The position numbers and the translations under genes are program-made. Below the pieces are notes generated by a model. It saw only the letters and a program-made list of their open reading frames with translations. It was not told where the DNA came from and did no database searches. DNA of 64,000 bases from Phoronis australis (taxonomy: Eukaryota > Animalia > Phoronida), in the NCBI GenBank assembly GCA_002633005.1, contig NMRA01000074.1:593464-657463 (forward strand). The letters run 5' to 3'. Of the stretch, positions 1 through 12,300 are shown piece by piece; within the stretch, counting starts at the first letter, position 1; every line of letters begins with the position of its first letter.

Positions 1-372
1 GGAGGGGCAACTGCTTATCGTTTTTATCAAGATAAGTACCTAGACAATTGAAATATTTAATGTTCATCCATGACTTGACAACGGATGTGCCCCCAGACTA
101 GGCTGTTCTTATAGACTATCCGACTCGAATTCACACGTAGTATTTGTTGAACGGAATATATTTGCCACTCTCTTATTTAAAACGATGATTCACTCTAACA
201 ACTGCGGACGAAAAAATGGAACTCGTAAGGTCTCAATGGGAGCCTATGAATAGATGACATTCCATGTAACTTGAATTTTTTCAATCTCATGCTGCTGTGG
301 CTTCTGGTCAAACATCTCTCGTTTTCTAACGATTCAATGTTTGAACGATGTTTTCGTTTTCACGATTTCCAG

Positions 373-3300
373 GAAATGAACCGAGCATTGACGTGCACGC
401 CGTTCTTGACGAGACGAAGCAGCAGATCAAAGAGATGGAGACGGAGGCGCTAAACCCCGAGGTGAGAAAACAGCGACAGGTGGTTCTCGACTGCAAGGAG
501 ATCCTGCGCAAGGAGAAGCGACATCGCGTGACGCAGAAGCGCCGAAAGCAGGTCGAGAAGAAGTTATCTCAGTTCACTCGGAAAGAACCTAAACCCAAAC
601 AAAAACGCGGCAAGTTCTCGTCTACCATAATTGGAAACGTTCATTCGACTATAGTTTTCTGATCTAGCTAAATTTGTGGCACAATGTCGTAACCACGAGA
701 GGTGTCCAGCGACAGCTTGCACGTCAAATAAGATTTTTAAATAAACGTCAAAGGGCAGAATTCGCATATTGGGTTACCTTCTTACATGTACAAGTATTGT
801 CCGGAGGTCAGTCGCGTATAACGTGAAGTGTCAGTTACAACTGTTACAAGTCTGTCTATTCCATTCCAGGACTTGGACTTGAGTTAAACCATCATCTCAG
901 AGAACACCAGCATACCTACGAAAAGCATGGACGAGCGCCCAGAGGGAGACATCGGCGCAAACGATCTATTGGTATCATATTTCTCGTTATTGTATCAGTA
1001 TGCTAACCCAGGTGGTGAATATACCGTATGCAAAGGTTCCTATCATCGTTACTAACTCTTATTAAACTGGGGTTGCACAGTATATAGTACATTTGGTACT
1101 TCGAGAATTAATGGTACATGTACAAATATTGCAGACCGAAATGCTACCTGCAAACCATTGCTCTATATAAATATCCACATACATGAATAGTCGATCTGCA
1201 AGGTTCTACGTCAATTTTTCAGAGAAATGCGGATTTCACATGGATGACGTGATTGGTCGCTACAGAACCTTGGCCAACAGGCAAGTGGAATTTGGAAGTG
1301 ATTTCTACGAGGCCATCGGCGAACCAGACGAGTTGACGACACACTCTCTGTTTAGTACGTGATTTATAACTTAGCTGCACAGGGAATTATTAAAGCGGAA
1401 GTAGAAACAAGAATCAGTGTAGAAGCAACAGCAGCGGCTGTGGCGGCGGCGGCAGCAACAGCAAGCATGATCGACATCAACAACTGTAACAGCAGCAACA
1501 GCTACAGCACAAGCATTGACAGCAGCAACAGCGGCAGCGGCAGCGGCAGCAGCAACAACATCAACGGCATCGGTTGTTGCATGTAGCACTTCATCTCACC
1601 CAACTTAACGGCTTATGTCTTTTTTGGTGGGCATCAGAACATGCCGGTCGGCTTACTGATTTAGCCGGGAACACGTTTTTGAATGGACGGCATGAGTTAA
1701 AACTAATAACGTACATGTTCCTTCACCTTCGGAAGACAATTGGAACCAACACACGGCAGTTTTTTCACGCCTCTTTTTACAAAGAGATATAGGCATTCCT
1801 GTGTCAACCGGAATTCATGTGACGTCATGAAGAGTAACTAAAGCTGGGATTGGCCAAAAATAATAAATGAGACCTTCTAAATTTTGGAGACAAGCTAGTC
1901 TATAGTTTGCCAGTCATTGGACATACCCTTCTTGTGTTACATGTCGTTTTAGGTATTACAAACCGCCGCATAAAATTCTACCGCATCCTCTGCAGCTCAG
2001 ACACTGTTACCGCTTTCATGAAAACAGGGGATTTCGAAAGGTAAGAACAGTCAGACCGGACGATTGGTTGACACACTCATTCTATCATGTTGATTAATTA
2101 TTCTTTGAGACTAAATTGTGGAATGGGATATATCTATTCAAAACTCATAGAAACACACTCTTTTATTTTGTCACCGTTTTATTTTTTTTCAGAGGGAACG
2201 GAGACATAGAACCACAAGCGGTATTCCGATGTCTAATGCTATTCAAAAACGGAACTGAAATCATAGTGTCGGTCGAGGACACAAGTAAGTGTGCAATCTA
2301 AATGTTCTATACATGTAGGACTTTATCGAAGAATCTATGTACTTTGCAAAATATCTAAAAAACTGTAAATTTTAATTCAGAAATGTATACATTTTTTGCA
2401 AGTGGAAAGCCTGTAAAATTCACTTGTTGACATTTAAACAATCTGTCATTAGTTGGTTTAAGTAAGATTGTCTATTTGGTAAAATTTAGCAAAAAATGAA
2501 TTCACGCTTATAATGTTCATTCTAAAACAACGGTATCTATAACATGGTCAAATTTTGATATAAATGTTTAAAACACTGTCACAATTTTCTAAATTATCAT
2601 TTTGTTTTAAATAACAATCGATTTTGTTGATGAAATTTATAAATAACACTATTTGATACCCTGGAAGGTGCAAAAATTTCGAAAGCAATTCTTTGAAAAG
2701 TGCTGGAGAACAGTGTATAAATGTTATCCCACATACACAGGAATATCTCTGCGATATCCTATCGAGAATCCATGTCATCTGGGAATGTCTCAGCGAGATC
2801 GATGGTCGAGTTGGGCCATTCCTAAGTGAAATGCATTCCAGATTGGATACCGCACTAGTGCTCCCAGTTGGACATTTTTATAAGGTCCCACACAACCTTA
2901 AACATGTGACACGTGATAATTTACAGTGGTTGATTTGATAATGTAATTCGAGTCTCAAATTCCTACACGGATATTGACATTTAGTTGATTATTTACAGTT
3001 AAAAAATCCCTCTTCCAAGGATTCCTGCCGTGTACGGATCCACGGACGAACTCGGTAGACGCCCATATTTCGATATTATCCAATCGTAAGTAAACGCACA
3101 GTGTCAGACACAAACCACTGACTACAGGTATGTCGTACCTATAGCCTCGACCTGAAATCCAAAGTTTACCCACAATGCTTCAGTTGGAGCAAACACCATT
3201 ACTCAGCTCCATCCCTTTTTAGATACATGTACATCGAAATACCGAATGCACCAATTGTTTATTGTCGTATCTGGGTCGAATTACACATGTAAAAATGTAT

Positions 3301-6300
3301 ACATAAGATACTAAAAAGTAAAAATGTTTGCCGTCCTCTTAATATATTAAACTTAAGCCACAGTTCTGAAACGGAGAACCTGTAGTATTTTAGTCAGCCA
3401 TTGCGTGACATTCGTTTCGTGACTAGAGACTTTTCATAAAACCGCGTTCTCACACCGCAAGACAAATATTCTATCATATATTTCAAATTTTCAGGACTTT
3501 TCTACCTAACACAAGCATATGTGTAGAAAGTGACCACGCTCTAAATTTCCTCGGCATTAGCTACATTGCATGAGGCAGCAGTAACTCAAAATGCGTCGTT
3601 TCAGTCATGTTCTCGCACACCATGCAACGTCAACACTACGTCACTTATCCAACAGTTTGTAACGTAATTTGTTGATTAGCCGTGTTTCTACTCGTAGCTG
3701 CCTTGAGAAACTCCCAATCAAAAAACAACTTCTTGTTCTCATTTTGTAGCTAACGTCAGTAGCGCCAGCCGGCATTCCACCGAGTTTGTGACTCCCGGCG
3801 TCACTCCCCCACCAGCTTTGTCGCATTCCTTACTGGTGTTAAAGGAGCACGGTGAGATACAAAGTAACACTGAAAAGCGCGGATGACAAAATTGATAATG
3901 ATAATGACACCGTAGGATGGACTAACACGATGTTGACACGGAGATCAAAGACGATTTAAAGTTCGTGCCTGTGATGGTTATGATGATTTTTCTTGTCCAA
4001 GCAATTGTAGGTTAACTTCTACATGTATGCGTAAGGCAATGCTTAGATGTAAATCCCTGTTTCTTGTCGTAGCAGCTTAGAGTTTGTAAAATGTGGAATT
4101 TACAGCTGTAAGAATTTTCAACTCAAGTTCGTGTCTACCTCAACTGCCCGTGGGACCATTCGACAATCTGCTGATCGTATCGGTGGTAGGGTATTCTGTG
4201 CTTCAATAATTATGATACTACTAGTAAAATACACGTCTCTGCCGATTGCTGTTGTATGCATCGTTAACGTATTTTATTCAGATAGCTCGTGCGACCAGCA
4301 TATGGCCAAGTTCGTAGGAATTTACTTGCCGTACAGCAGGCAAGAGATTGCCAACTTCTCGACTACCAATCCAAGGAGGAGAAATCAAATCGAAATTGGC
4401 CACGACTTTTACAAAGCAATTGGTGTATCTGATAAACGATTTGATATTTTCAGTAAGTTGTCGGAAAGGGTTAACTTTGTTTTGTAGGTCACGCAGATTG
4501 AAAACTCCTCTTTGAACGAGAACCAAGTTCAATGTTTATGTTTGTAATGCTACAATGTAATTTTCACTAACATCAAATTTGATGATAAGAAGCGGCTTGT
4601 CTAAACTTTAGATTATCCATGTCTCTAAAATACACAGTTCCGTTGGATATCGATTTTGCTGTTCTATAAATTATTACAATTTTGAGGCTGAGAATATAAC
4701 AATTCCATTTTTGGAACTTTGTCTTTAGAACGAATGAACAAACCAATTTGGTTTTACAAACTGAAGTGCCGATCGAGTTCGCGAGTGAAGGCCTTCACGA
4801 AGCTGTACGACACAACGGAGTAAGTAGAGGAGACGACGCCAAGACTGCGTGGCGTGATCTTCACTTTTACATTGGTTTATTGACATATTTCTCTTGTGCT
4901 AAAGCTCTTCGTATACCTCGTATTACATTTTGGACATAAAGGCAATGATATTAACTTGTCAATTTTACACTGGCAGAATTGGAAGTAGAACATTCGACGG
5001 TGCGATGGCGATTTTCCGGTGTGTCGTACTTCAGAGAGTCAGCCACGACATTATCGGAACTGTGCTCGACTCCCGTAAGTGGTGTTTGAGTTACGTTCTT
5101 TAAGTTGATTTAGGATTATGCCAACTATCGTAAACTAACTTAATATTGCTTTTCGTTAGAATAAAGTATCTTCTTTTTAAAAAGTTATTGTCTTAACTTC
5201 AAGTGTACTCTCGTCTTGCTTTATTGCGACACAAACCTTATCGCAGCTACCGATCGGGCAAGCTTCAACAGTGTAAAATTTCTTTTTCTCTAAACCCTTG
5301 GTAATTTGTCGTTTATGTGGTCATAAAGCACCACTACTACCCACAGAACCAAGTAAGCGCACACAACGTGACCAAGTCCCTACATGTAACAGTGTGTAGT
5401 GTATATGAAACAAGAATCAAGTAAGACGTCTCCATTATTTAGCAAGCTGTGAGGAGATGTGCTATTGTTTCCTGTTTGAACGTATTGACGTAGCTATGAA
5501 TCTTCCGTTCTATTGTTAAACACATAAACATTTACTGCACCTTGGAGTTGTTTGCTCTTCCAGTGCAATCCCAACCTTTGTTTGACCGAATTTGGTTACA
5601 ATAATGGCAAGCGTCCACTGACAGCCATGTTGCTTCTGTAACGGAAACAAACTTGCCGGGAAAACTTGATTGACCTGGTACACAGCAATTACAAACTTAT
5701 CAGTTCTTCGCAAGCTCCAACATCATTTCAAACGTGCATAAGTATTAAGACGAACGAAAACATGTTTCCTGTGACGGAAGGTTGTTTTGGGAAATCACAG
5801 ATCCACCAACGAAATCGTTTAATTTTCAAACAACTGCCCGATGACGCCAGCTTAATGTGACCTACACTAACTCGACGTGTACAAAGTAATTTCGGCTGGG
5901 AAAACATTGTTTTACTGTGTCTGTCTTCAGGAAACTGTAGTCGACGATTTTAAAATCACATTCTTGGTTCAGGTTTAAGACAATCTTGTGATTTATGCTG
6001 AAGTTAGACGTGGCCCTGTGAGCATACTAAATACGATGATCGAATCGGTCCTTTTACTCCTTTATGTTTCATTTTGATTACTTTCCTTAGTAGCAGTGTC
6101 CAGGCATTTGAGTAGAGAAAGTGCCATCCACTAAAATAAACGCCCGGTGCATCACCAAGGCTCTGCACGTCACTGGCACTGCCTGTTGTCTTTGGTGTGA
6201 GNTGTTTGAGCGTATTGACGTCGCTATGAATCTTCCGTTCTATTGTTAAACACATAAACATTTACTGCACCTTGGAGTTGTTTGCTCTTCCAGTGCAATC

Positions 6301-9300
6301 CCAACCTTTGTTTGACCGAATTTGGTTACAATATTGGCAAGCGTCCACTGACAGCCATGTTGCTTCTGTAACGGAAACAAACTTGCCGGGAAAACTTGAT
6401 TGACCTGGTACACAGCAATTACCAACTTATCAGTTCTTCGCAAGCTCCAACATCATTTCAAACGTGCATAAGTATTAAGACGAACGAAAACATGTTTCCT
6501 GTGACGGAAGGTTGTTTTGGGAAATCACAGATCCACCAACGAAATCGTTTAATTTTCAAACAACTGCCCGATGACGCCAGCTTAATGTGACCTACACTAA
6601 CTCGACGTGTACAAAGTAATTTCGGCTGGGAAAACATTGTTTTACTGTGTCTGTCTTCAGGAAACTGTAGTCGACGATTTTAAAATCACATTCTTGGTTC
6701 AGGTTTAAGACAATCTTGTGATTTATGCTGAAGTTAGACGTGGCCCTGTGAGCATACTAAATACGATGATCGAATCGGTCCTTTTACTCCTTTATGTTTC
6801 ATTTTGATTACTTTCCTTAGTAGCAGTGTCCAGGCATTTGAGTAGAGAAAGTGCCATCCACTAAAATAAACGCCCGGTGCATCACCAAGGCTCTGCACGT
6901 CACTGGCACTGCCTGTTGTCTTTGGTGTGAGTTGCCACATGTATCTCTTTTGTCGATGATTCAATATCTGATGAGCATGATAGCATTTTTAAATTCAAGG
7001 CGTTTCGGATGAGAATTCAACTTTGACAGATGAATAGTGGCGAAAGACAGCTTTGATGCTGACTACAGCGTATACACTGCAGGGGAGTTTTCATATTGGC
7101 GCTCTGTAGAGTTACGAGAGCAGGAAAGTGGCTTCCAATTTCTCTTTTAGGTCAGTGTTTGGTCTCCATTTTTTTCTTCCGCCTGATTCAACGACGCTTT
7201 TTTGTATGACCATGAAGTGCTTTCCAGTGTTATTAAACTTCCCAGTTTCACCCACGGTATTGTTGTCAGGATGCAATGGGATGTGTTTCCCGTTTTACAT
7301 TCAGGTCATCCGCCAAGCTACCGTGGGAAACTAGAATGTGTCTACCCTGGGTCCAAGAAGCTGGAGCTGGTCGGAATGTCGCATCAATTCAAGCTTTACA
7401 ATCGTACGTAGTCTGCATATATTTGTCCCTTCTACTGCAGGCACCGAACATCGATTACAAAACAGACATGCTAATAGTGCTTTAAGATATTCACAAATTA
7501 ATGATTAACTAACTGATCATGTCTATTACCATTATCTTTAGTGCCTCGTGTCTTTTCACTAGCCAACGTCACCGAGAGTAGTCCCGGCACAAACACCAAC
7601 GTGCCAGTTCAAGTCAACGCTAAGGGGTCTACTCTAGATCACACGACAGTCGACCCTACAGGTAAAACTGCATTTTATTTGGTGTGTTGTATAGGTTGTA
7701 CATCACATGTCTGATAAGAAAGTTCGTGGCCATCTGGTACAAGTAATCGTCTACAATAAACAGATCCTCTCCGACACACTCTGCGTGTACAAGGTCGAGT
7801 ATCTTGCCGATGAGAGTCCGATTTACACGAGTCATGCATGCGATTTTAAACTTTACCTTCTTATGAACAACTCTGTATTACTTAGCAATGCGTTTCTATG
7901 TTGACCACAAAAAACGGACGGACATATGTACACTACAAATGGATCACCTACATGTAGATTGTAATATTCGTAAGCATGTTTCAGTTGTGACGATTTCCAT
8001 TCTCTTTCTTTCTCTCACTTCACAGCCCTTAACAGACTGCCTGTCAATAACCCATCCAGGGCGAGCTCCAATGCCGTGCCATTCTTACTGCCGCACCTCG
8101 TGAACGACGGCATTACGGCTCAGGAAGACGGTAGCTGTTGGTTCTCAAATAACGAGTCGAGACCTTTCTGGTCGACGGACCTACGTCAACGTTACATCGT
8201 CGAAAGGCTGGAGGTCTACATCCCGCATCACGGACTGAACGGCATGCCAGGTAGTCACCCCTTCAGAATACTTTTTCAACTCCATGTCTGTGGAGGTTTT
8301 GCATGCCGGAGTAGTTTGCTTGAACCTTTCCAACAGCGTCACCTTACAGTACTCATGTCCTTTGATAAAGCGTCTGTGGTGCTGTATAGGTGTTTTGTCA
8401 GGTTACCGAAATATTCCAGTGTCCATGAGAAACTTCGAAATTCGTGTCGGAAATGCCGGCGACAGGAACGACATGCTTTGCTTTTCGTACACGGGGCGTC
8501 CGCGTGCGAAGTCGATGTTGAAGCTGAGCTGCGGAACACTTCTGGTGGGAAGTTTTGTCAGTTTCCACGCCAAAGGGGCAGCCGTAAATCACCTGTCTCT
8601 CTGTGAGGTGATAATCTACGGCACGGTGGCCACCCAAGGTAAGGCTGATGCTGTTAAATACCGTTAAAAATAAATTCCCAACAGAAAAAATAATTTACTA
8701 TTAACCAAAATTTACGCCTGGTGATGAAAAAAGCCTGTGTCGTTCGTGTAAGTGTGGTAATTAAGTCACCAACAAAGATCTGAAACTATTGACCAGCGAA
8801 TAACTAATTCATTTCAGTGCATGAAAGTTTCGCATGCCAATTCTCCGTCACTTGTTTCGCAATTAAAATCTTTTTATGTAGTCAACTCACGGTGTCCAAC
8901 ATTTGTCACATGCAATTCGTTTTTCGCATCCCTAGAATGATGACTGATGGGAAATAAGTGAATCATCACTACACCTATCTTAGCCGAATGTTTCCACATT
9001 TCTAGCCATGTTTAAGAGGGACCGAGTAAAGGTCAATGCAGCAAAACATAATTAAGACATTCTCACCATATGTAACACTGCATCCGTTCTTTTAACGCGC
9101 ATTCAACAGATAGTGTTCAGAAGATCGAGGGCAAGCTGCCAGTATCCTTACCACCGCCAACAAATGACATCTGGGGCAGATGGTCATCGTGCTCAAAAAC
9201 ATGTGACAGCGGTACAACCTCTAGAACACGCAACTGTACCGGCGACCCGTGCGCAGGCACAAATACCGAACACATGGTAATTTGACAGAACCGTGCATAC

Positions 9301-12300
9301 ACAAGCGATTTTGATTGGTTGTGATTTATATCATAAAAGGTTTCTGATTTTAATCCATAGCAACATTTTCTATGAATTCATATGAATCAGATATGGTATG
9401 ATATAGATGGTTGATAGGAATTCATCCTAAAGTTTGGTGTAACATTTCAGGCACCATTTATCGCCATTTGTCACAAATTTATGATTTCTTATCACGATGC
9501 GATCATGATAAACGATAAAAATCTAACTTTCTTCAATTTTGCTATGAATGATGGCCAAACTGATGGCCAGTTATCAACGTATGCTAATTTTAAAATTGCA
9601 AGTCAGATGATTATCGCGAGAGAATAAATCCATCGTTCCTGTTTTTGAAATCACGGGCTGTTACAATGTTATTCTAGCTGTGTTGGATCGATAAGTGTAG
9701 AGTACAGTCACCATCTTTATCCATCAAACGCCGGAACGCCGTGGTCGAGGCAGGAGTGTGGTCCGAGTGTTCGACGACCTGCGGGACTGGTGTAATGACG
9801 CGGGTCAAAATATGTGTCGTACATCCGTGTGGTGAGTTCGAGAGAGTCGATTGCCGTTCACTGTGTCAGCGTTATAAAAATAGAAACTGTGGTCAAGTAG
9901 AAACATGCCATACATTGAGTGTTGGATTTGAGCTACAAAATGTATTTCTTAAGGTTGTCTAAACCCTTACATGTATTTGGTGGCCTCCATTCTGAGTCGT
10001 ATATCAAAAACAAGAATTGTCAACTAATAAAAGTATATACCGGTTTCTGCGACAAACCAACTAGCAAAATGCACAGGCGCTTGGGTTTATCGCAAATGAC
10101 GTCACTCAATAATATATATAAGAAAACATAAAGGTTGGACACTTAAACTTTGCCAAGCCGAGGCTCCCAACTTCAACCGTCCAAAATCCAAATAAAATCT
10201 GCGTGCACCTCCCTCAGTCTGGTGTTGCATAAACCTTCGAAGCCTTATCTTTCCTAGATCCCATTAACTGTCTTCGTGAATGGTGAATTGGCGATGGAAT
10301 TTCCAAAACAATCTCAAAACTCTGAATTCAAGAACCTGAAATAGTAAACATGGCGGGCTTCAGTTGTGCTTCAACTTGTACGCCTGTCGTAGGTGAGCAA
10401 GCAACCTATATTTCAAGTTCAATAATTCTAATCCAAAACTCAACTAATTGAGAATGTTAGAGTTAGTATTTTAATTATTATTTGTAACTTTATTCCACTG
10501 ACGGCTCATTTTAGCCTTTAACAGAATTTTATTATATAAACTGGCGTATCTTGTTTCTCTTCTTGACATCACGCACTTTTTTGATTGAAGCACAACACAC
10601 ACTCGGCCAGGAAACGCAGTCCGTGCAAGTATTACAATGTGCGTGGCCTACGAGTTAACTCAATGGTTTTGGCCAAAAGTAAAACCTTCATAAGAAATCA
10701 CAGTACACAAAAAACTTCGCATATCAATACAGTATCAGGATAATTTATAATTGACACAAATATGTGAGTAATTACATTTATTTGGCAATAAAGTGCTCTC
10801 TGCTTCTCATGATCAAGTAGTCGATGGATTGACGGCGAAAGCCGCGCGAAATTAGACTTTCGGATTTAGCTCGGGAGCGTCCGTCAAAACCCGGATGTGC
10901 GAAGACCGTCTGCCATGACATCACGGAATCACTTCCTTGAATTTGTGATTTTGGCATTCTTTTAGCATTTTTGTCGCCAAATCACCACTTGAAGGCAATT
11001 TGAAGAGATCGAATGAAAGAAAGTATTCTAGGAGTTGTTCGATGCTAGTTTTGTGGAGTTCCATGCACATTTGAGTAGAAAATTCTGAGCAAACAGATTT
11101 CGAGTGTCCAACCTTTATATTTTCTTATATATATTATTGAGTGATGTCATTTGCGATCGAGGAACAGATAAACCCAAGTGCCTGTGGCAAAACGTAAAGT
11201 ATATTTGTAAAAAATAACAGTTGCATTTGTCTTTGCTACCTTACGCAAAGAAGTGCGCTTGATACAGTGTACTTATGTGCCTTGTTATTATAGCTTGGCT
11301 ACTTTTAAGATAAAATTTCATTTTTACCAAAGGTACAGTCAGCAACCCCTTAGTCGATTATAAAGAAACATTCTCTAAGGTTCTCTCAAACATTATTTAG
11401 CGGCCTCCATTGTAACTCGTTTAAAACAGATTTTGTCCACTAGTAAAAGGATATCTTTTGCGAAAGAAAAAGATGGGAGATTATAAAAATATTTTATTGT
11501 TATATGACAATATTCGAGTTACATTACACTTTTGCAAGTAAAAATGTCATTTTCAGAAAAGGTACATGCATAGCAAAATAACCCTGACTTGAATGAAACT
11601 TTGTTTAAAGGAAAACTTCATCGGTTACCTAAAAACGCTTTTAGAAATTTTCGATTTGTCTTTTAGTTTGGTTTCTATGACAAATGAACTCCCAAAACGT
11701 TAAGATATTGCTGTAAAAACAGCAGTTGTATTCGTCTTTTTTACATTACGTAAAAACTAGACCTTTATTTCAAAAATCCTAACATCATTTTTTGGGATTG
11801 AGTAATGAATACGGAAAGTTTCAGCGAGTTTTCGAGAATACGTTTTCCTAAGTTCAAATTAAGTCGATTTACCGAACCCCTAAAAAAGTCGATTAAGTTG
11901 GGACTCGTGAAAGTGTCAAGGTCTTCCATCATTTATTCGGTGAAAGCTTGTTTTCGATCAATATAATCTATTTATGCTTTAACTATGTTTGCCATTTAAC
12001 ACCTACTCGCAATGGCAATTGAAGTTACAGGGTGTAATTAACTTAATTGTCGCTAAAACGTTATTTTTGTTACAGTCTTCAGCCCAATTGGCGGGATCAA
12101 CTGTTGACCCACTCAAAATTAGCCACTTTACGCCGCAAAAAAGGTAATGAGAAATAATCCCTTTATAGGAACTGAAACTAAAGCTTGCAAACTAAAGCCC
12201 TGTGAACATAATGTACACGTGAACGTACACGTCAATACTCACATCACGTCACAAGGAGGCGAGGCAGTTGACATCCCGATCTCGCAAGGTGGTGCGGGTG

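Noticed and set aside
1359-1589. Poly-Ala/Ser ORFs on both strands
   Set aside because: Intronic GCA microsatellite; the flanking exons splice in phase without it.
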